Assembly: GCA_964016885.1 (NCBI GenBank)
Contig: OZ024742.1
Span: 209,064,001 to 209,128,000 of the forward strand
DNA from: Eledone cirrhosa
Lineage: Eukaryota
Reading direction: 5' to 3'
DNA: 64,000 nucleotides
Part shown: in pieces, positions 1 through 13,544 of the stretch
How positions within the stretch are numbered: position 1 is the first letter of the stretch
Layout of the letters: each line of letters begins with the position of its first letter
Translations under genes and position numbers: made by a program
The notes under the pieces: model-generated
The model's input: the letters and a program-made list of their open reading frames with translations, nothing else
What the model was told of the DNA's origin: nothing
The model's database searches: none

Positions 1-2450
1 TCTAATATTTGATTCGAAAAACCCCAATCACTTTCTTTTCATATACATTGAACGTTTATTTAAATTATGTTTATGCGGTTGTAATTCTCTGGAAATATAT
101 TTATTCGTCTAATCATGCCTTTTCTATCAATACAATTATTGTTACTTTTAACTCAGAACCGGAATGAATACCACAAATCATTCTATCAGACGTTCTAACC
201 GCCTTCTTGTGGTTTTTAGTTACAAAGAAAAACATATAGAGTAATTTTGTAAGTTTACGATCTGTTATATAAAAATTATGTTTTAAAAATTTACTTCCAT
301 GAGTATAGTTTGTTGAATACTATTTTCTGCCAGCTGTAACTTTTTAAGAATTATTTTAATGTTATTTAATTATCATTTAAGACTTACTCCTTCATCTGAG
401 TGGATTATATGCTGGGCGTTTTTAATTTATACTGCTTCGGGCAGTAGCTATTTTGTACAGATGCAGCTTTTTTGTCTTCTGAAATATCTTTTATATTTTA
501 TATAACACTTTTGATACTTTATATTGACGGGGTTAATTTGTTTCAGTATATATATTTTACCACGTTATTTATGTAACGAATCCAAACAATGCAATACACC
601 AAAGAGGATAGTGCGGTAAAATATGAATACATTGGTAGTAGGAAGGTTGCAATCTACTTTCTATTTTCGGTGTTAAAATCCTACTGCGTGTACGTTTTAT
701 TCTTATTATTCTCGATCAGGCATGTTCCATCATATACGGTGGCACGTGAATCAATCATACTTTTCATTTGTGAATATGTAACCTTATCGCAATTTAAACA
801 ATATAGTTTATAATATATATATATATATTAGGTCTGTAACCTCCATATTTTCTTTCAATGATTATTGAAAATTTGTTTGAACCAACCTTTACTGAAAATA
901 GTATAGGTTGAATTTCAGAAGCTGTTTCGATCATGGGAACTGACTGAAGCTCTACTATAAACTTCTAAATTTAATAAATTTTACATCTAAACTTTAAACC
1001 AACAATTATTTTATTTATTGACAAGTGCAACTATTTTATTTATCGGTCAGTTCTTCGGGTGGTTGATACGATAGAGATGGATGGGATGCTAGTTAAATTA
1101 CCACGAGATTTCACGAACCATTGATATTAATATTTCCGATTTAACTAAAATATGTAGGAAGTATATAAAATGTTTTTCTTGTCCTGACAGTGAAAAAGTA
1201 TCTGCCTATACTGTATAAATAAATGTCTTAACAAGTTTTAATGCTAAGTATGTATCTCGGGCGATTCTAAAAAACAAAACAGTTGTTAGTGATGTGGAAA
1301 ATGTAAATTTTGAATCTAAAATTATACGAGGATCGATTCAATACATTTCCCATGGAATTAGAAACATTAGAACTTTGCTAAGTCAAACTAATTATCACTT
1401 TAATTACTGATTCTTAATCCAGGATAGGGTTTAATGCTAAATGTTTTATGAAATGACACTTTTAGAGTGTTGTTAATGGCTTCATACAAATCTCATTGAT
1501 TTTATAATGCAGAGCTTAAAGGGCCTCTTTTCTGTTTTCAGAATAGCAATCTATTGAACTACATCTTACTTGAGTTTATTTTGAGTTAATATCTTCTGGT
1601 TTGATGAGATGAATGTTAAAAAGTTATTGACGTATTAATTTAGTTAAAAGAAACTACTTTTATAGCCATTAAAAATACCTTTTACTTTTAAGTTAATAGA
1701 GAATTACAATAAATGCCCTTTAAAATGCAACGGAAGTCGAGACGAGATATTGTGTTTATAGGCCCTTTCTGATAATAATTTGTATTTACAGAATATTTTG
1801 CAGGAATAGTGGAAATCGAAAGAACTAACCGAGGAAATTTCAATAAAAGCCAAATGGTTGATTGAAGAAAGATAATTTTCGAATAGTTAAAATCTAATTT
1901 ACAGAAATTGATGCTATTATCTCAAATAAGAGGATTATTAATTCATGAAATGTAATCAAATTTAGCCAGTTGTTTATCTGAAAACGCTATGTATAGCTAT
2001 TATTTCAATAGTCATATGAAAATGACTAGATAAAACGTAATTAGTTCAGAAATACATAGTAATGATAAACACTTCTATAAACAAAAGAAAATGATCGATA
2101 AAACAAAAATTCATTTTGTTGAATAAAGACTTTAAAATGATTAATATCGTTTCATACATAACAAAAGTAAACATAGATACAATAGTTTTCAATCAAATAG
2201 TTTGAAAGTGAGACTACGAGAGAGGATATATCGCTCTCAAATATAATGTAAAATTAATTTCATTTGTAACGATAAAGTCATTTTAAACTTTGACACTTTA
2301 ATTATTGACATTAGTTTGCTAGAAAGGGATATATATTCATCCCGATCTCTCTTCATTATCTTTCTATATAGAATATTTGGCATTTTTGGGGTGTAATATA
2401 TTTTACTTTCTAGCTAACATTATACGTTTTAACTTTAAAACTTTAAAAGG

Positions 2451-2630
2451 GCGGTGATTGGCAGTATCGGTCAAGAGTCGGACGCCATGCTTTCCAGCAT
2501 TTGAACTCTTTACGGTCTGAGTTCAAATCCCGCCGAGGTTAACTTTGCCTTTCATCCTTACGGGGTCGATAAAATAAAGTACCAGTAATGTACTGGGTAT
2601 TTGCTGGCCTTGTGCGAAAAGTAGAAACAA
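2451..2630 (+). mobile_element. tRNA-derived SINE (family 1), near full length
   Basis: A-box-like TGGCAGTATCGG, B-box GAGTTCAAATCCC, body GCCGAGGTTAACTTTGCCTTTCATCCTTACGGGGTCGATAAAATAAAGTACCAG and tail GCTGGCCTTGTGCGAAAAGTAGAAACAA; recurs about 9 times in the window. TATACGTTTTAA occurs on both sides (possible partial TSD). Confidence 0.9.
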
Positions 2631-3645
2631 CTATACGTTTTAATTTGTCAAAGCCGAATTTAATCCTTGAAATGTTGATAAAAGATTCAAAGTCACCCAT
2701 TTCATTTTGAACGTTAAATAAGGATTAATTTTCTATTGAATGGTGACATGTCAGGTACGATCACTTTCATTTGGAGCTTTCAAACGAATTAATGTCGCTG
2801 ATACACAGAATTACCCACTAAGAAATACATACCCGAGTATGCGTACATACGTATATATAATATATATATATATATATTTGTGTGTGTGTGTGTGTGTGTT
2901 TGTTTGTTTGTGTGTGTGTCTGTATATATATATATATATATATTGCAATTCTGTATTTCAGAAGAAATACGGTATGGTTGAAATAAACATTTAGAGAGCT
3001 GTAGCTATGCCAAAACACCACCGACTAACGCCGTCTGGCGGTGTCCAGCAGAAGCAACGGTGACACTCGTGCATGCGCATTTCCAACTTAACTGGTTCTC
3101 ATCAGCATGATCCCCCCCCCCCAATCTTGCATCTTGCAACTGCTGGACTTTGAAAACAGGCAAAAATATATGGTTTTCACGTCTGTGTGAATGAGGTGAT
3201 TAATCTCATTTACATATGAACTGTATAAGTTTTTTAACGTTTTCGAAAATTTGTGAAGACATGAGCTAAATATTTCTGAACGTTTATTAATAATGAAATT
3301 CTATTATAAATGATATGTAGAATTTCTGTGGTACAGAGGTCACATCATTTAGATACGGAAGCATTTTTCTAAAGCAAAGCATTAGAAACTTTTTGCTAAG
3401 AAAGGGAATATTCAATATTATTATTTTTAAGTGATCAATCATATTATTATTTTTAAGTAACTAATCATATGCTTGGTTTTGACCGATCTGTTCACCTCCA
3501 GTATATCAAAAGGAAACTGCATCTCCTATGCATTTTCATCTGACATGAACATGTTTTGGATTATGTTACACATAAGCCTTGCATCTTCGAAATATATATA
3601 ATAATATAAATAGAGATGATCTAAAGTAACTATCTTTTGTTTATG

Positions 3646-3846
3646 TGGATTGGCAGTATCGGTAGAGGGCCGCACACCGTTCTTTGCAACAAAGAGTTAC
3701 GGCCCTTTATTCTCTGAGATCAAATCCTGCCGAGGTTAACTTTGTCTTTCATCCTTACGAGGTCGATAAAATAAAGTACCAGCAATGCACTGGGTAAATG
3801 CTGGCCTTGTGCGAAAAGTAGAAACAATTATTATCATTATTATTAT
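3646..3846 (+). mobile_element. SINE family 1 copy with (ATT)n tail
   Basis: Same A/B boxes, body and tail as the 2451 copy. Confidence 0.9.
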
Positions 3847-4369
3847 TGCCGACCTGCAGTAGGAAAACGTATTATCGTGAGCTCCACAAAGGTTTCTTTA
3901 TTTCAGTTGTTTGGAATTGCCAGTTATGGAAACATTTTATTGCTAAGTGTTTATAAGTTCATACATATTTCTGAAAAGGACACTCAACAATATTGGGGCT
4001 TTGAGCCCACAATCGAAACTTTATTTTGTCAAACAAACAATTCTTAAAACATGGACGCTATACGCCTCTCCAAATCAAGCCAGATGTCTCCTGACATCAG
4101 CTCTGACATACACACCACTCCCACCGCCACCATTGTGGGCCTTGCTGCAGTTGCCAAGGCCGATATCATTCTCGCTGGCAGCAGCGGCGGCGGTAGTAGT
4201 CGCCAAGTTTTGTTACATGCAGACTACGCGCATTTAACAATGTCTACAGGTGTTAAAGCCGCCATTTCCACCTCCAGAATGTCAAAGAGTACATTCAACA
4301 CCACTGGTACCAACATTACCACCACTTCAGCAACCACTGTTTTTGTGGACATGGACGAACCGCATCGGG

Positions 4370-4566
4370 TCATCCAGATAGTTTTTTTAAAGGAGTCCCT
4401 TTCTTTATATCCATCAGCCAATGACCTCTACCCATCCCAGTCAACACCTTCCCCTACCAACAGAAAATGTATAAACACCACCATAACACATTGACAGTCG
4501 GCTTTCCTGGTGAATTCCTTTGAATGAAACAATTCTAGTCCTGTAGAAGCTATTTGTATATTAAAT
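4370..4566 (+). mobile_element. Old PLE pLTR fragment with degenerate hammerhead motif
   Basis: CTGGTGA-attc-cttt-gaat-GAAA-caattc-TA at ~4507-4538; the flanks recur inverted at 13052-13165. Confidence 0.45.
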
Positions 4567-5140
4567 ATATATATTTCGTTTTTGAATTTGTTTTGCAAGA
4601 TTTCTTATCTGAAAACGTGTGTTGAAACAGATATTGTTATACTTTGGGAGGGTCATGCTGCCTATAAAACACACGCACCTGTTAGTCTTCACTTCAATGT
4701 ATTATAAAAATCCTGTTGGGAGGTTCGTTGGTTCTATAACCGGATGTTTGTTTATATATTGTCAAAGCTTCCGTCACACATTCTGTGACCTCGTCAGTGA
4801 CTAGGTCTTTACTTTGTGTTCCTCCTTTGTTCTGTCCTTCAACATCTTACAATAAATAAACAATTATCCGGTTATTGAACCAAACAACCAACCGGAAATT
4901 TATAATAAATTGAAGTGTAATTCAAAAGGTGCGCGTGTTTGTATATGCAGCATGACCATACGAAGTATATCAATATCTGTTTCAACACACGTTTTCAGAT
5001 AAGAAATCTTTCAAAACAAATTCAAAAACGAAATATATATATATTTGTTTTGTAAGATTTCTTATCTCAAAACGTGTGCTGAAACAGATATTGATATTCT
5101 TTGGGTGGGTCATGCTGCCAATAAAAACACACGCACCTAA
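4567..5140 (-). mobile_element. Fold-back cluster of PLE pLTR fragments (family D-like)
   Basis: 4567-4850 is followed by an inverted copy at 4860-5040 and a direct partial copy at 5040-5140; homologous to 20225-20460 and 23880-24125. Confidence 0.8.
4761..4801 (-). ncRNA. Degenerate minimal hammerhead ribozyme
   Basis: Reverse complement: gtca-CTGACGA-ggtcaca gaatg tgtgac-GGAA-gct-T-tgac; GAAA has mutated to GGAA. Confidence 0.55.
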
Positions 5141-5217
5141 AGTTGGAAACTAATAATAACATTTTGTACTGCCTCTTCGCTTCCACCTTGTTTGGGTTTT
5201 TTTTGTTTACTATTTCA

Positions 5218-5265
<48 letters not shown>

Positions 5266-5356
5266 TAAATAAATATTTGCTCTACGGTTCTTATATATTT
5301 TATATATATTTATCCTTATCGAGCCCTCTTTGGATTTTAGTCTTCAAATTTATTAT

Positions 5357-5434
<78 letters not shown>

Positions 5435-5707
5435 AGAAGAGAAATGGCTGTGTAGTTGCTATTTAAGGTAACTTAAAATGGAGTGGGAATACGAAGAAAG
5501 CAAGAACCGGGGGGGGGGGGTCTAGGATATTTCTACGATTTTAAGACAAAATACCACTTCACCCCAGGGCGTCGATAACTGAATAAGTTATTGGGCAAAC
5601 GAAGGAAGGAGGGAGGGAATGCAAAGGGTAAAAAAGAGAAACAATAACAAAACACCGAAAAAAAACAATATAGCATATATTTTCACTAGCTCTGACAGTT
5701 TGCCAGC

Positions 5708-5769
5708 GAACAGTGGGCTGTACTGATGAAGGGTGATACTCAAAAACATTAGTGTCTGCAGTTCTGTTC
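5708..5769 (+). ncRNA. Hammerhead ribozyme motif, G12 mutated (solo pLTR remnant)
   Basis: ctgta-CTGATGA-agggt gat actc-aAAAA-cattagtg-TC-tgcag; stem I ctgta/tgcag is extended by gaacag/ctgttc; GUC cleavage triplet. Confidence 0.6.
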
Positions 5770-5875
5770 ACATGCTAACACAAGAGTAAGAATGAAGGGT
5801 TCATTCTAATGGCATGGCTATAAAATTTAGGCTTGTTTGTATAATTGCAAACGAATCGAATGTTATTATTAATAT

Positions 5876-6068
5876 GTGGATTGGCAGTATCGGTAGAGGG
5901 TCGGACGCCATGCTTTGACGCATAGAGTTACGTCCTTTGCCATTCTGAGTTCAAATCCCGCCGAGGTTAACTTTGCCTTTCATCCTCACGGGGTCGATGA
6001 AATAAAGTACCAGTAACGCACTGGGTAATTGCTGGCCTTGTGCCAAAAGTAGAAACAATTATTAATAT
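5876..6068 (+). mobile_element. SINE family 1 copy
   Basis: Family consensus; TTATTAATAT on both sides (likely TSD). Confidence 0.9.
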
Positions 6069-7044
6069 TCGAAAAACTCAGATTACATTTATTGTAGTCA
6101 GCCATGTAGACCGACATTTTCTTTATATATATATATATATGCCATTAAAATTTTAAAGGGTTGTAAATTAAACGAGTAAATCAGACAAAGTTGGAATTCC
6201 TTTTATTAATATATATATATAGTTTTATAATAAAGTAGTGTAGTTGTTATATATTCTATTAATAAGATAGCTTTAATACAATGTAGTTTATATACAATCT
6301 AACTTAACAGCTTTAATACAGTTTGCCGATGAGACAAAATTTAGTCTCTGCTTTCGCCCAGCAACATGTTTCTGACATGTGAACTAGAAATATATTTGAG
6401 AAGGAAGACAGGAATGTTTATTTTACTTGTTTTATTTTACATTTTTTTAATTTTACTTTTATTTTAATTCAAATATAACAATTTCGAATGTAGTAAGTCT
6501 TGTAGTTTTTTATTTTCTTCTTTTCTTTTGTTGTTTTTATTTCTGATATTTGATTTGATTTTGAAAAGTCTATGTTTCTACGTTTAGGTATCGATATTTT
6601 TATTAGTATTTTTATGTAGACATCGGTCTATGTGTATTGTTAATTAAATTTTACATATAACAATATTAAGAAGAAAATAATAAAAAGGAAAGAGAAAACT
6701 AAACCCCACATATATGGAAAAATACATTCTATTTGCATATATATTTGCTTCTTTACTGTCTATAATGTTCTATCAAATTATTTATTTGCTTTTCACAAAC
6801 GATGCCATCAAGAATGGCTGCAAACCTAATAGACCGGCTTCTCAAATACATGGTACCGCATTGGAACTCACTGTGTTGTGCATCACGTTATCCTAGTACG
6901 GTATGTTTTATTATAGTTACATTGATCGATATCTTGTTATGAACTGTGAAAAATATCCCCGTATGTGTGGGAGGGGTGGGGTGGGGGTATGTGTGTGTTT
7001 GTGTGTGTCTGTGTGTGTCTGTGTGTGTGAGCGCGTGTATGTGT

Positions 7045-8260
7045 GCCGTATCCTATGTCTTTCAGACTGATTTAGCCTACTATTTACCAAGCTAATAACT
7101 CTTTTCTTCCATTTCCGGAATATCTCACAAATGAAACCAAATTTCAGGCCTGATTTAACCATGAAATCATCGATTGATCTAACACCAACTTACCTACCAT
7201 GGACCTATTTCTCCTTACATATTCCCTAAATGTTATACCTTTCATCGTAAGCCATCTTAGATCCTTGTTCTCAACTATTTTCAGATCATCCGTAATTACA
7301 TGTCCCTCTTCCTGATGACAGAATCTAGAACTTTCACAATCGCATAACCCTTCGCAAGCCCTTCTGAATTCCCCGGCGTTAATATTCGCTAAATACGTAT
7401 TGTAGTTAAATAAATTCCTCCCAATCGTAGGTCGATATGATTAACTGTCACATATTTTCCTATCCCTTACCTCCTCAGGGTAACCACCCATGTACCTTCC
7501 TATTTCTAAAAATCGAATTCAAGCCAAACCAATTCAGTGATCTTTTAACCAATGGAATTCCGAAAAATTCCATGTTGACCTTTCTATGTTGATCCTTTGC
7601 ATGTTGATCCTTTGCGTCCTTAAATAATATATTGCAGAAACTATCTACCAGAAAACTAACCTCGTATATCCTTTCCTCACACCTTCCCATCAATTCCTTT
7701 GTTTTTTTCTTTCTAGGAATATGCTCTGAGCCACAGAAAACAGTGTTAAAAATCTCCAGACCTATAGAATTCGACCAGTTCTCCCACCCATTATCCGTAT
7801 TAAATTACTCTCTTCTATATGTTCTTAACTTCTTACTACCGTGGCTACGTTTCCTTCTAAGCACAGGCTGAGAAAAATACCCGTCGTTAAACCTACCTTC
7901 CTACTTAGATATTATATCGGGCCCGCAATTCTATCATTCGACAACAGCTAGTTAACGCTGCAAATAACCTTTATCCAGTACTTTTCTCTGGCCTGTAATT
8001 CCTGTTTAGCTTTAGGCCGTACCACCTGAATCTGGTCAATTATCTAGAACCTACCACAAATGAAACTTTCCTTGTGGCATCTAAAGTGGCCACACAAGTC
8101 GAAATAGCCCCACATCTCTCCATCTCCCTTCATGTTTGAAAATATTTAAATTTGGGAAACCGGTAAATAAACCTTCACAGAGACTCCAAATTAATTTCGA
8201 TCTCATATTTCTTATATTCTTACTCGTTTGGGGTATACTAAAAAACCTTGTTATCGAATA
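7045..8260 (-). pseudogene. Naiad-type Penelope-like element remnant (GIY-YIG C-terminus, linker, start of RT region; permuted EN-RT order)
   Basis: Manual minus-strand translation across stops and frameshifts: GHFRCH...ELQAREKYWIKVIC...NDRIAG, then RRKRSHG, then TIGRNLFNYN...CDCESSRFCHQEEGHVITDDLKIVENKDLRWLTMKGITFRE (CxCx5C motif). Confidence 0.75.
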
Positions 8261-8409
8261 TACATGCATACATACAATACATACATGCACATATACATAC
8301 ATACACCGACACATATACACACACACACATACACACACACACGACAGATTTCTGGAGTAAATATTCAATGATAATAAATAAATGGAAACTATATTTATAA
8401 AACCATATT

Positions 8410-8472
8410 TATTCTATTATATATATTTCAAGGGTACCAAAACACTTTGGTACGCTTTCATCAGATAAAATA
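8410..8472 (-). ncRNA. Minimal type I hammerhead ribozyme (pLTR A, sense strand)
   Basis: Reverse complement: tattttat-CTGATGA-aagcgtaccaaa gtgt tttggtaccctt-GAAA-tatata-TA-atagaata; intact core, palindromic stem III, AUA triplet, followed by AATAAA. Confidence 0.88.
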
Positions 8473-9589
8473 CAAAGAGTGTTTTATAAATTTGACATAG
8501 CCAAGGAAATCATGCGTTATTAGTTGAATTTTCTTGGGTAGTGAGATGAAAGTACGGATATTTCAAACTTATGGATGCATATGTAAATAAGGTTGAGTTA
8601 TATGATTGAAAAACCGTTATTTTAAACGCTATGGAAAGTTTAGATATATAATAATAATAAGAGAGAAAGAAAGAAGAAAGAAAAAAGAAAAAGAAAAATA
8701 AGAAGGAAAAGGAAAAGGAAGACCACTTATAACGTTAAATTTGGGGGAAATATATTCGAACATTTATCTATGTTATGTATATATTTATATGGAGATTTAT
8801 GTTTGTAAGTATTTATCTTATTGTAGTGGGTTAAATATATAAATATATATATATATATTTTAATAATAGCATATGTATTTTTATTAAAAAGATAATTTGC
8901 AATTATTGGTTGTTTATAACATGAGTTACGAGAGATGTTGATTTTGTGTTTTAAGTAGATAAATAAATAAATAGGTAGTTCAAGTTTTAGTTGGTTGTTC
9001 TTAATATGAGTTACGAAGGTGTTGATTTTGTATTTTATGTAAATAAATATGTAGTTAAAATTGGGAATGTTTTAAATTAATTTAACGGAGTTAGGTATAA
9101 TATTTATATGATTGAAAAGGTAAGATAACTCCGATTTTATTTGTTAATCGTTAGTGTGAGATTAATGAATTATTTAGTCGAAAGAAATATGAATGTTTAA
9201 ACATCGTCATGAAGAGGATTCATTTTGCTAAAATCAGGTAATGGTTATTAATCTACGTTTAAAAGAAAAGCTCTAGAGCGTGTCATTGGAACAATAATGA
9301 ATTAAAAACTTAAAAAATTAAAACTTAAAAAATTAAAAATTTAAATTTAAATTTAAATTTAAATTTAAATTAGAATTATATAGATATACATAAATATATA
9401 TAAATATCTATACACATATAAATAAATATATACATACGTATATATTATATGAAATTTTTTTCCAGAAGGTGAAAGTACTACAAATATTAGAGATATTATG
9501 ATTTAGAGATATTAATATATTAAAAATATAAATTGTTAAAGCAGATAGGATTATTATGGAGATTAATAGGAATATTATAAGTATATCAT

Positions 9590-11830
9590 AAGTTACATAT
9601 AGTTCAGAATGTAGAATGTTGGCGATGTCTGCAGGAACTAAATAACTCTGTTCTGAGATTAATAGAGTTTTGATAGTTAATTATATAAAAAATTTCTTCA
9701 ATAAACAATTAACAGAATCTTGATAAAGCCGTGTTTCGATACGCAGGTGCTTTCGAAATCGTTTTCCAAGATATTGAATAGTCTATATTCTTGATTTTTA
9801 ACTTCCATATAAGATGTGAAAGCGAAGTAGAAGAATTTTATCAGATCTTTTGAAAGAGTGATTGTGGTTAATCCAGCGGTCTTTAAATTTTGTAGAAGTG
9901 GCACCGACATAGTTAAATATATTATCTCTAGTTTTAACTGTGCATTTATCCACTACGTTTTTATATAAACACTTATTTTGTAAAGGGCAGTTTGATTTGA
10001 TTCTACAGTTACATTTTACGGAGTTGTTGTTGCTCGGAACGGTACTATTAGGTTGGATATTGCTAGAAATATTATTATTGCTATTATGGTTATTTTGGTT
10101 AGGGTTTAAATTTAAGTTTCTATTATTAATTCTATTTATATTTTGTGCTATGTTCATAGTTGTAGAGTATGATAGTTTTATAGTATGCCTGTTAAAGATT
10201 GAGTGGTATCTGTGGGCTTTAGGAAAACATTTGTCGAGTGCTTTAAAGAATAGCTTTGCTAAAGTTGTTTTAACGCTTAATGAGAATGTGGGTGAGTACA
10301 AAATAATATTCCTAGTTCTTTTGTTTGTTTTAGAGTTTAAGTTAAATTGTTTATTCTCATTATAATTAATAGTTGGGTGATTTGCCTTATTATTGTTGTC
10401 AATGTATTTAATTTTATTCAAATATACTGCTCTATTTAAAGTTTCATTATAATATTCAGACTTATCATCAAAAATATTTTTATTAGCAGAGATGCGTGAA
10501 ATTCATTGTTGGACACTATTGACAATAGTGTTCTTAATAGATCTAGGATGGTTAGAGTTAAAACTTACGTAATTTAGATTCTCATTACTTTTATGGAATG
10601 GATAGTAGAGCCCTGTGCTAAGGTTTAATGTTACGTCTAAAGAGTTAACGATTTTATAGTTATTCTCTATTTCTAACTTAAAGTTATAATTATTGAAGAA
10701 TTGTATTAAGGATTTTCTTTTCCTATTAATTTCACAATTACTATGGTTTTCAATTAAAAGTAGCGTATCATCACGATATAAACCACCAGTCGTCTCTGGC
10801 ATTTTTCTATGCAGTGTATTTTTAATAAATAAGATCCGTTATTTGCGCCGAGTCATATGATACCATGGTGATATCAAAATTATTTTTTCTATCGGCTCTT
10901 GTCCAGAGATGATTGTTGAATTCAATTAAAGTTTTCCGTGCAATTTGAATGATATGCATTTCATCACTAGATAAATCTTTATGGTTAGATGCATAGAGAA
11001 GAGCCCTATTAAGTAAACTAGGAGCAATAGAGGAGTAGTAATTTACAATATCCATTTGAATGAATTTTTTGTTATGTTTAAATTTTATGTTAATGAACCA
11101 ATCTATAACTTCATTAGTACCGTTCCTTACTTTCAGGTGTGATTTTTCTTTAAGTTGCGGTATGATTCTATCTAATATATGTTTACTAATTATGCCTAAG
11201 TTTGATTTAGATGGTGCTATAAGTCTGACTGGTGGTTCTATTTCAAAGTTTCTTTTGTTGTCTTTCAGGTTAATTTTCGGTCTTCTAGGTATAAAGGGTT
11301 CAGTCCTATTTTGGATGCCTAATTTTTGAATTATTTCAGAAGCTTCTATATTTAACGTTGCAAGATGTTCATTAGTTGTTATTTCGTAGTTTTTTCTGAG
11401 TTCCTTCAATATAAGGTTATTATATTCGTCCTTTTGCATTCCGTATAGATTATTAGTTTTATCAGAATATACGAGGATATTCCCAGTTTTTTCAAGATTT
11501 TCTATATTATTCTTGAAGCCTTTAAGGTATTCCTGGCCTACAAATTGGTTTTTCTTGAATTTGATGTTTTGTATAATAGATAATACTTCATTTCCAAATT
11601 CAGTTAATAATTTGTTGTTAGGTGGATTCTTCTTAGATTTGAAGATAAGATCGAAGTTGTAAAATGGATTTATTTATTTTTTTATCTCATTTTCTATAGA
11701 AATGGAAGGGATGCCATCTAAGGCTTCGTATAAAAGAGTCAGATTTCTCAATGAGTTTTTTTACATATTCCTTATTCTTATGTATGGGTACATCTTTTAG
11801 AGAGGAAGAAATCCTTAAGAATTCCATTAT
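9590..11830 (-). pseudogene. PLE RT-GIY-YIG polyprotein, disrupted
   Basis: PPVRLIAPSKS.LG.ISK, QMDIVNYYSSI, FDITM.SYDSAQ, GGLYRDD, NHP, RNIILYSPTFS and CNCR motifs, split by frameshifts and stops. Confidence 0.92.
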
Positions 11831-12709
11831 TTATCAATCAATTATAATTTAAAGGAGGTTTTTATAAAGGAGCTTTATTTTTCCAATGACAGCCTCTAAA
11901 GCTATTTTTTTTTAAACGTAGATTAATAACCATTAACTGATTTTAGCAAAATGTATCCTATTCAAGACGATGTTTAAACATTCATATTTCTTTCGACTAA
12001 ATAATTCATTAATCTCACACTAACGATTAACAAATAAAATCGGAGTTATCTTTCCTTTTCAATCATATAAATAGTATACCTCACTCCGTTAATTTAATTT
12101 AAAACATTCCCAATTGTAACTATATATTTATTTACATAAAATACAAAATCAACACTCATATTAAGAACAACCAACTAAAACTTGAACTACTTATTTATTT
12201 ATTTATTTATTTATCTACTTAAAACACAAAATCAACATCTCTCGTAACTCATATTATTAACAACCAATAATTGCAAATTATCTTTTTAATAAAAAATACA
12301 TATGCTATTATTAAAATATATATAGATATTTATATATTTAACCCAGTACAATAAGATAAATACTTACAAACATAATTCTCCATATAAATATATACATAGC
12401 ATAGATAAATGTTCGAATATATTTCCCCCAAATTTAACGTTATAAGTGGTCTTCCTTTTCCTTCTTCTTATTTTTCCTTTTCCTTTTTCTTTCTTCTTTC
12501 TTCCTCTCTTATTGTTATATATATATATCTAAACTTTCCATAGCGTTTCAAATAACGGTTTTTAAATATAACTCAACCTTATTTACATATTCATTTACAT
12601 ATTCATCCATAAGTTTGAAATATCCGTCCTTTAATCTCACTACCCAAGATAATGCAACTGATTAGGTATGATTTCTTTGGCTATGTCAACATTTATAAAA
12701 CACTCTTTG

Positions 12710-12772
12710 TATTGTATCTGATGAAATCGTACCAAAGTTTTTTGGTATCCTTGAAATAGATATAATAGAATA
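12710..12772 (+). ncRNA. Minimal hammerhead ribozyme (inverted pLTR A)
   Basis: tattgtat-CTGATGA-aatcgtaccaaa gttt tttggtatcctt-GAAA-tagata-TA-atagaata. Confidence 0.8.
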
Positions 12773-12811
12773 AATATGGTTTTATAAATATAGTTTCCAT
12801 TTATTTAATAT

Positions 12812-12890
<79 letters not shown>

Positions 12891-12940
12891 TAACAAATTA
12901 AAATTTAAGCAAAGAATCGGTGCTTTTAACGGGATCTTCT

Positions 12941-13035
12941 GAAATAAATATTTGCTTTACGTTCTTATATATTTGATATATACTTATCCTTATCGAGACC
13001 TCTTTGGATTTTAGTCTTCAAATTTATTATTATTA
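12941..13035 (+). repeat. Dispersed ~95-bp repeat next to (TA)n, also at 5266-5360
   Basis: AAATAAATATTTGCT.TAC.TTCTTATATATT...TTGGATTTTAGTCTTCAAATTTATTATTA in both copies; probably a pLTR tail. Confidence 0.7.
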
Positions 13036-13343
13036 CTATATATATATATATTTAATATAGAAATCGCTTCTACAGAAGCCCGACAGTCGAAGTAAGATGG
13101 GGATGGGTGGAGATCATTGGTTGATGGATTTAAAGAAAAGGGAATTCTTTAAAAACTATATTTAGAGAATAAAGGAAGAAATAATTCAAGCTAAGTGTCG
13201 GTAGACACGCTCCTCATTTTTAAGGATCACTTAAGTTAGCAATGGCTATTCATTGGAAGCTCTACTAAAAGTGTCAGGTGCCTACAATAAAACACGCACA
13301 CACACATGCCCTCACTCCCACACACAAACACACACTCATATAC

Positions 13344-13446
<103 letters not shown>

Positions 13447-13472
13447 CATATATATATGTATATAGGAAAAAG

Positions 13473-13541
<69 letters not shown>

Positions 13542-13544
<3 letters not shown>

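Larger units (their letters stand above)
8363..12816 (-). mobile_element. Penelope-like element A with ~0.93-kb inverted pseudo-LTRs
   Basis: Broken RT ORFs (10822-11439, 10503-10802; GGLYRDD) and GIY-YIG ORF (9798-10421; CNCR..CPL, YVGATST.FK.R..NH). Arms 8363-9297 and 11876-12816 are reverse complements. Confidence 0.95.

Noticed and set aside
880-1700. Very old Naiad-like RT remnant (IMGTD, KLYEDRFNTFP)
   Set aside because: Too degenerate; the best motif also resembles a mariner TIR; needs a profile search
2451-2535. tRNA genes at SINE heads
   Set aside because: A/B boxes are present but there is no complete cloverleaf, and all continue into the SINE body
4051-4494. 147-aa Thr/Ser-rich ORF as a host gene
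   Set aside because: No recognisable domain; overlaps a dispersed repeat and probably lies in the 3' UTR of an old PLE
6320-6390. CCGATGA-gac...gtc hammerhead candidate
   Set aside because: No correctly placed GAAA or stem I
9940-10365. Hydrophobic antisense ORFs over PLE coding regions (also 14292-14735, 15487-15975)
   Set aside because: Shadow frames of Asn/Lys-rich sense ORFs, with no independent evidence
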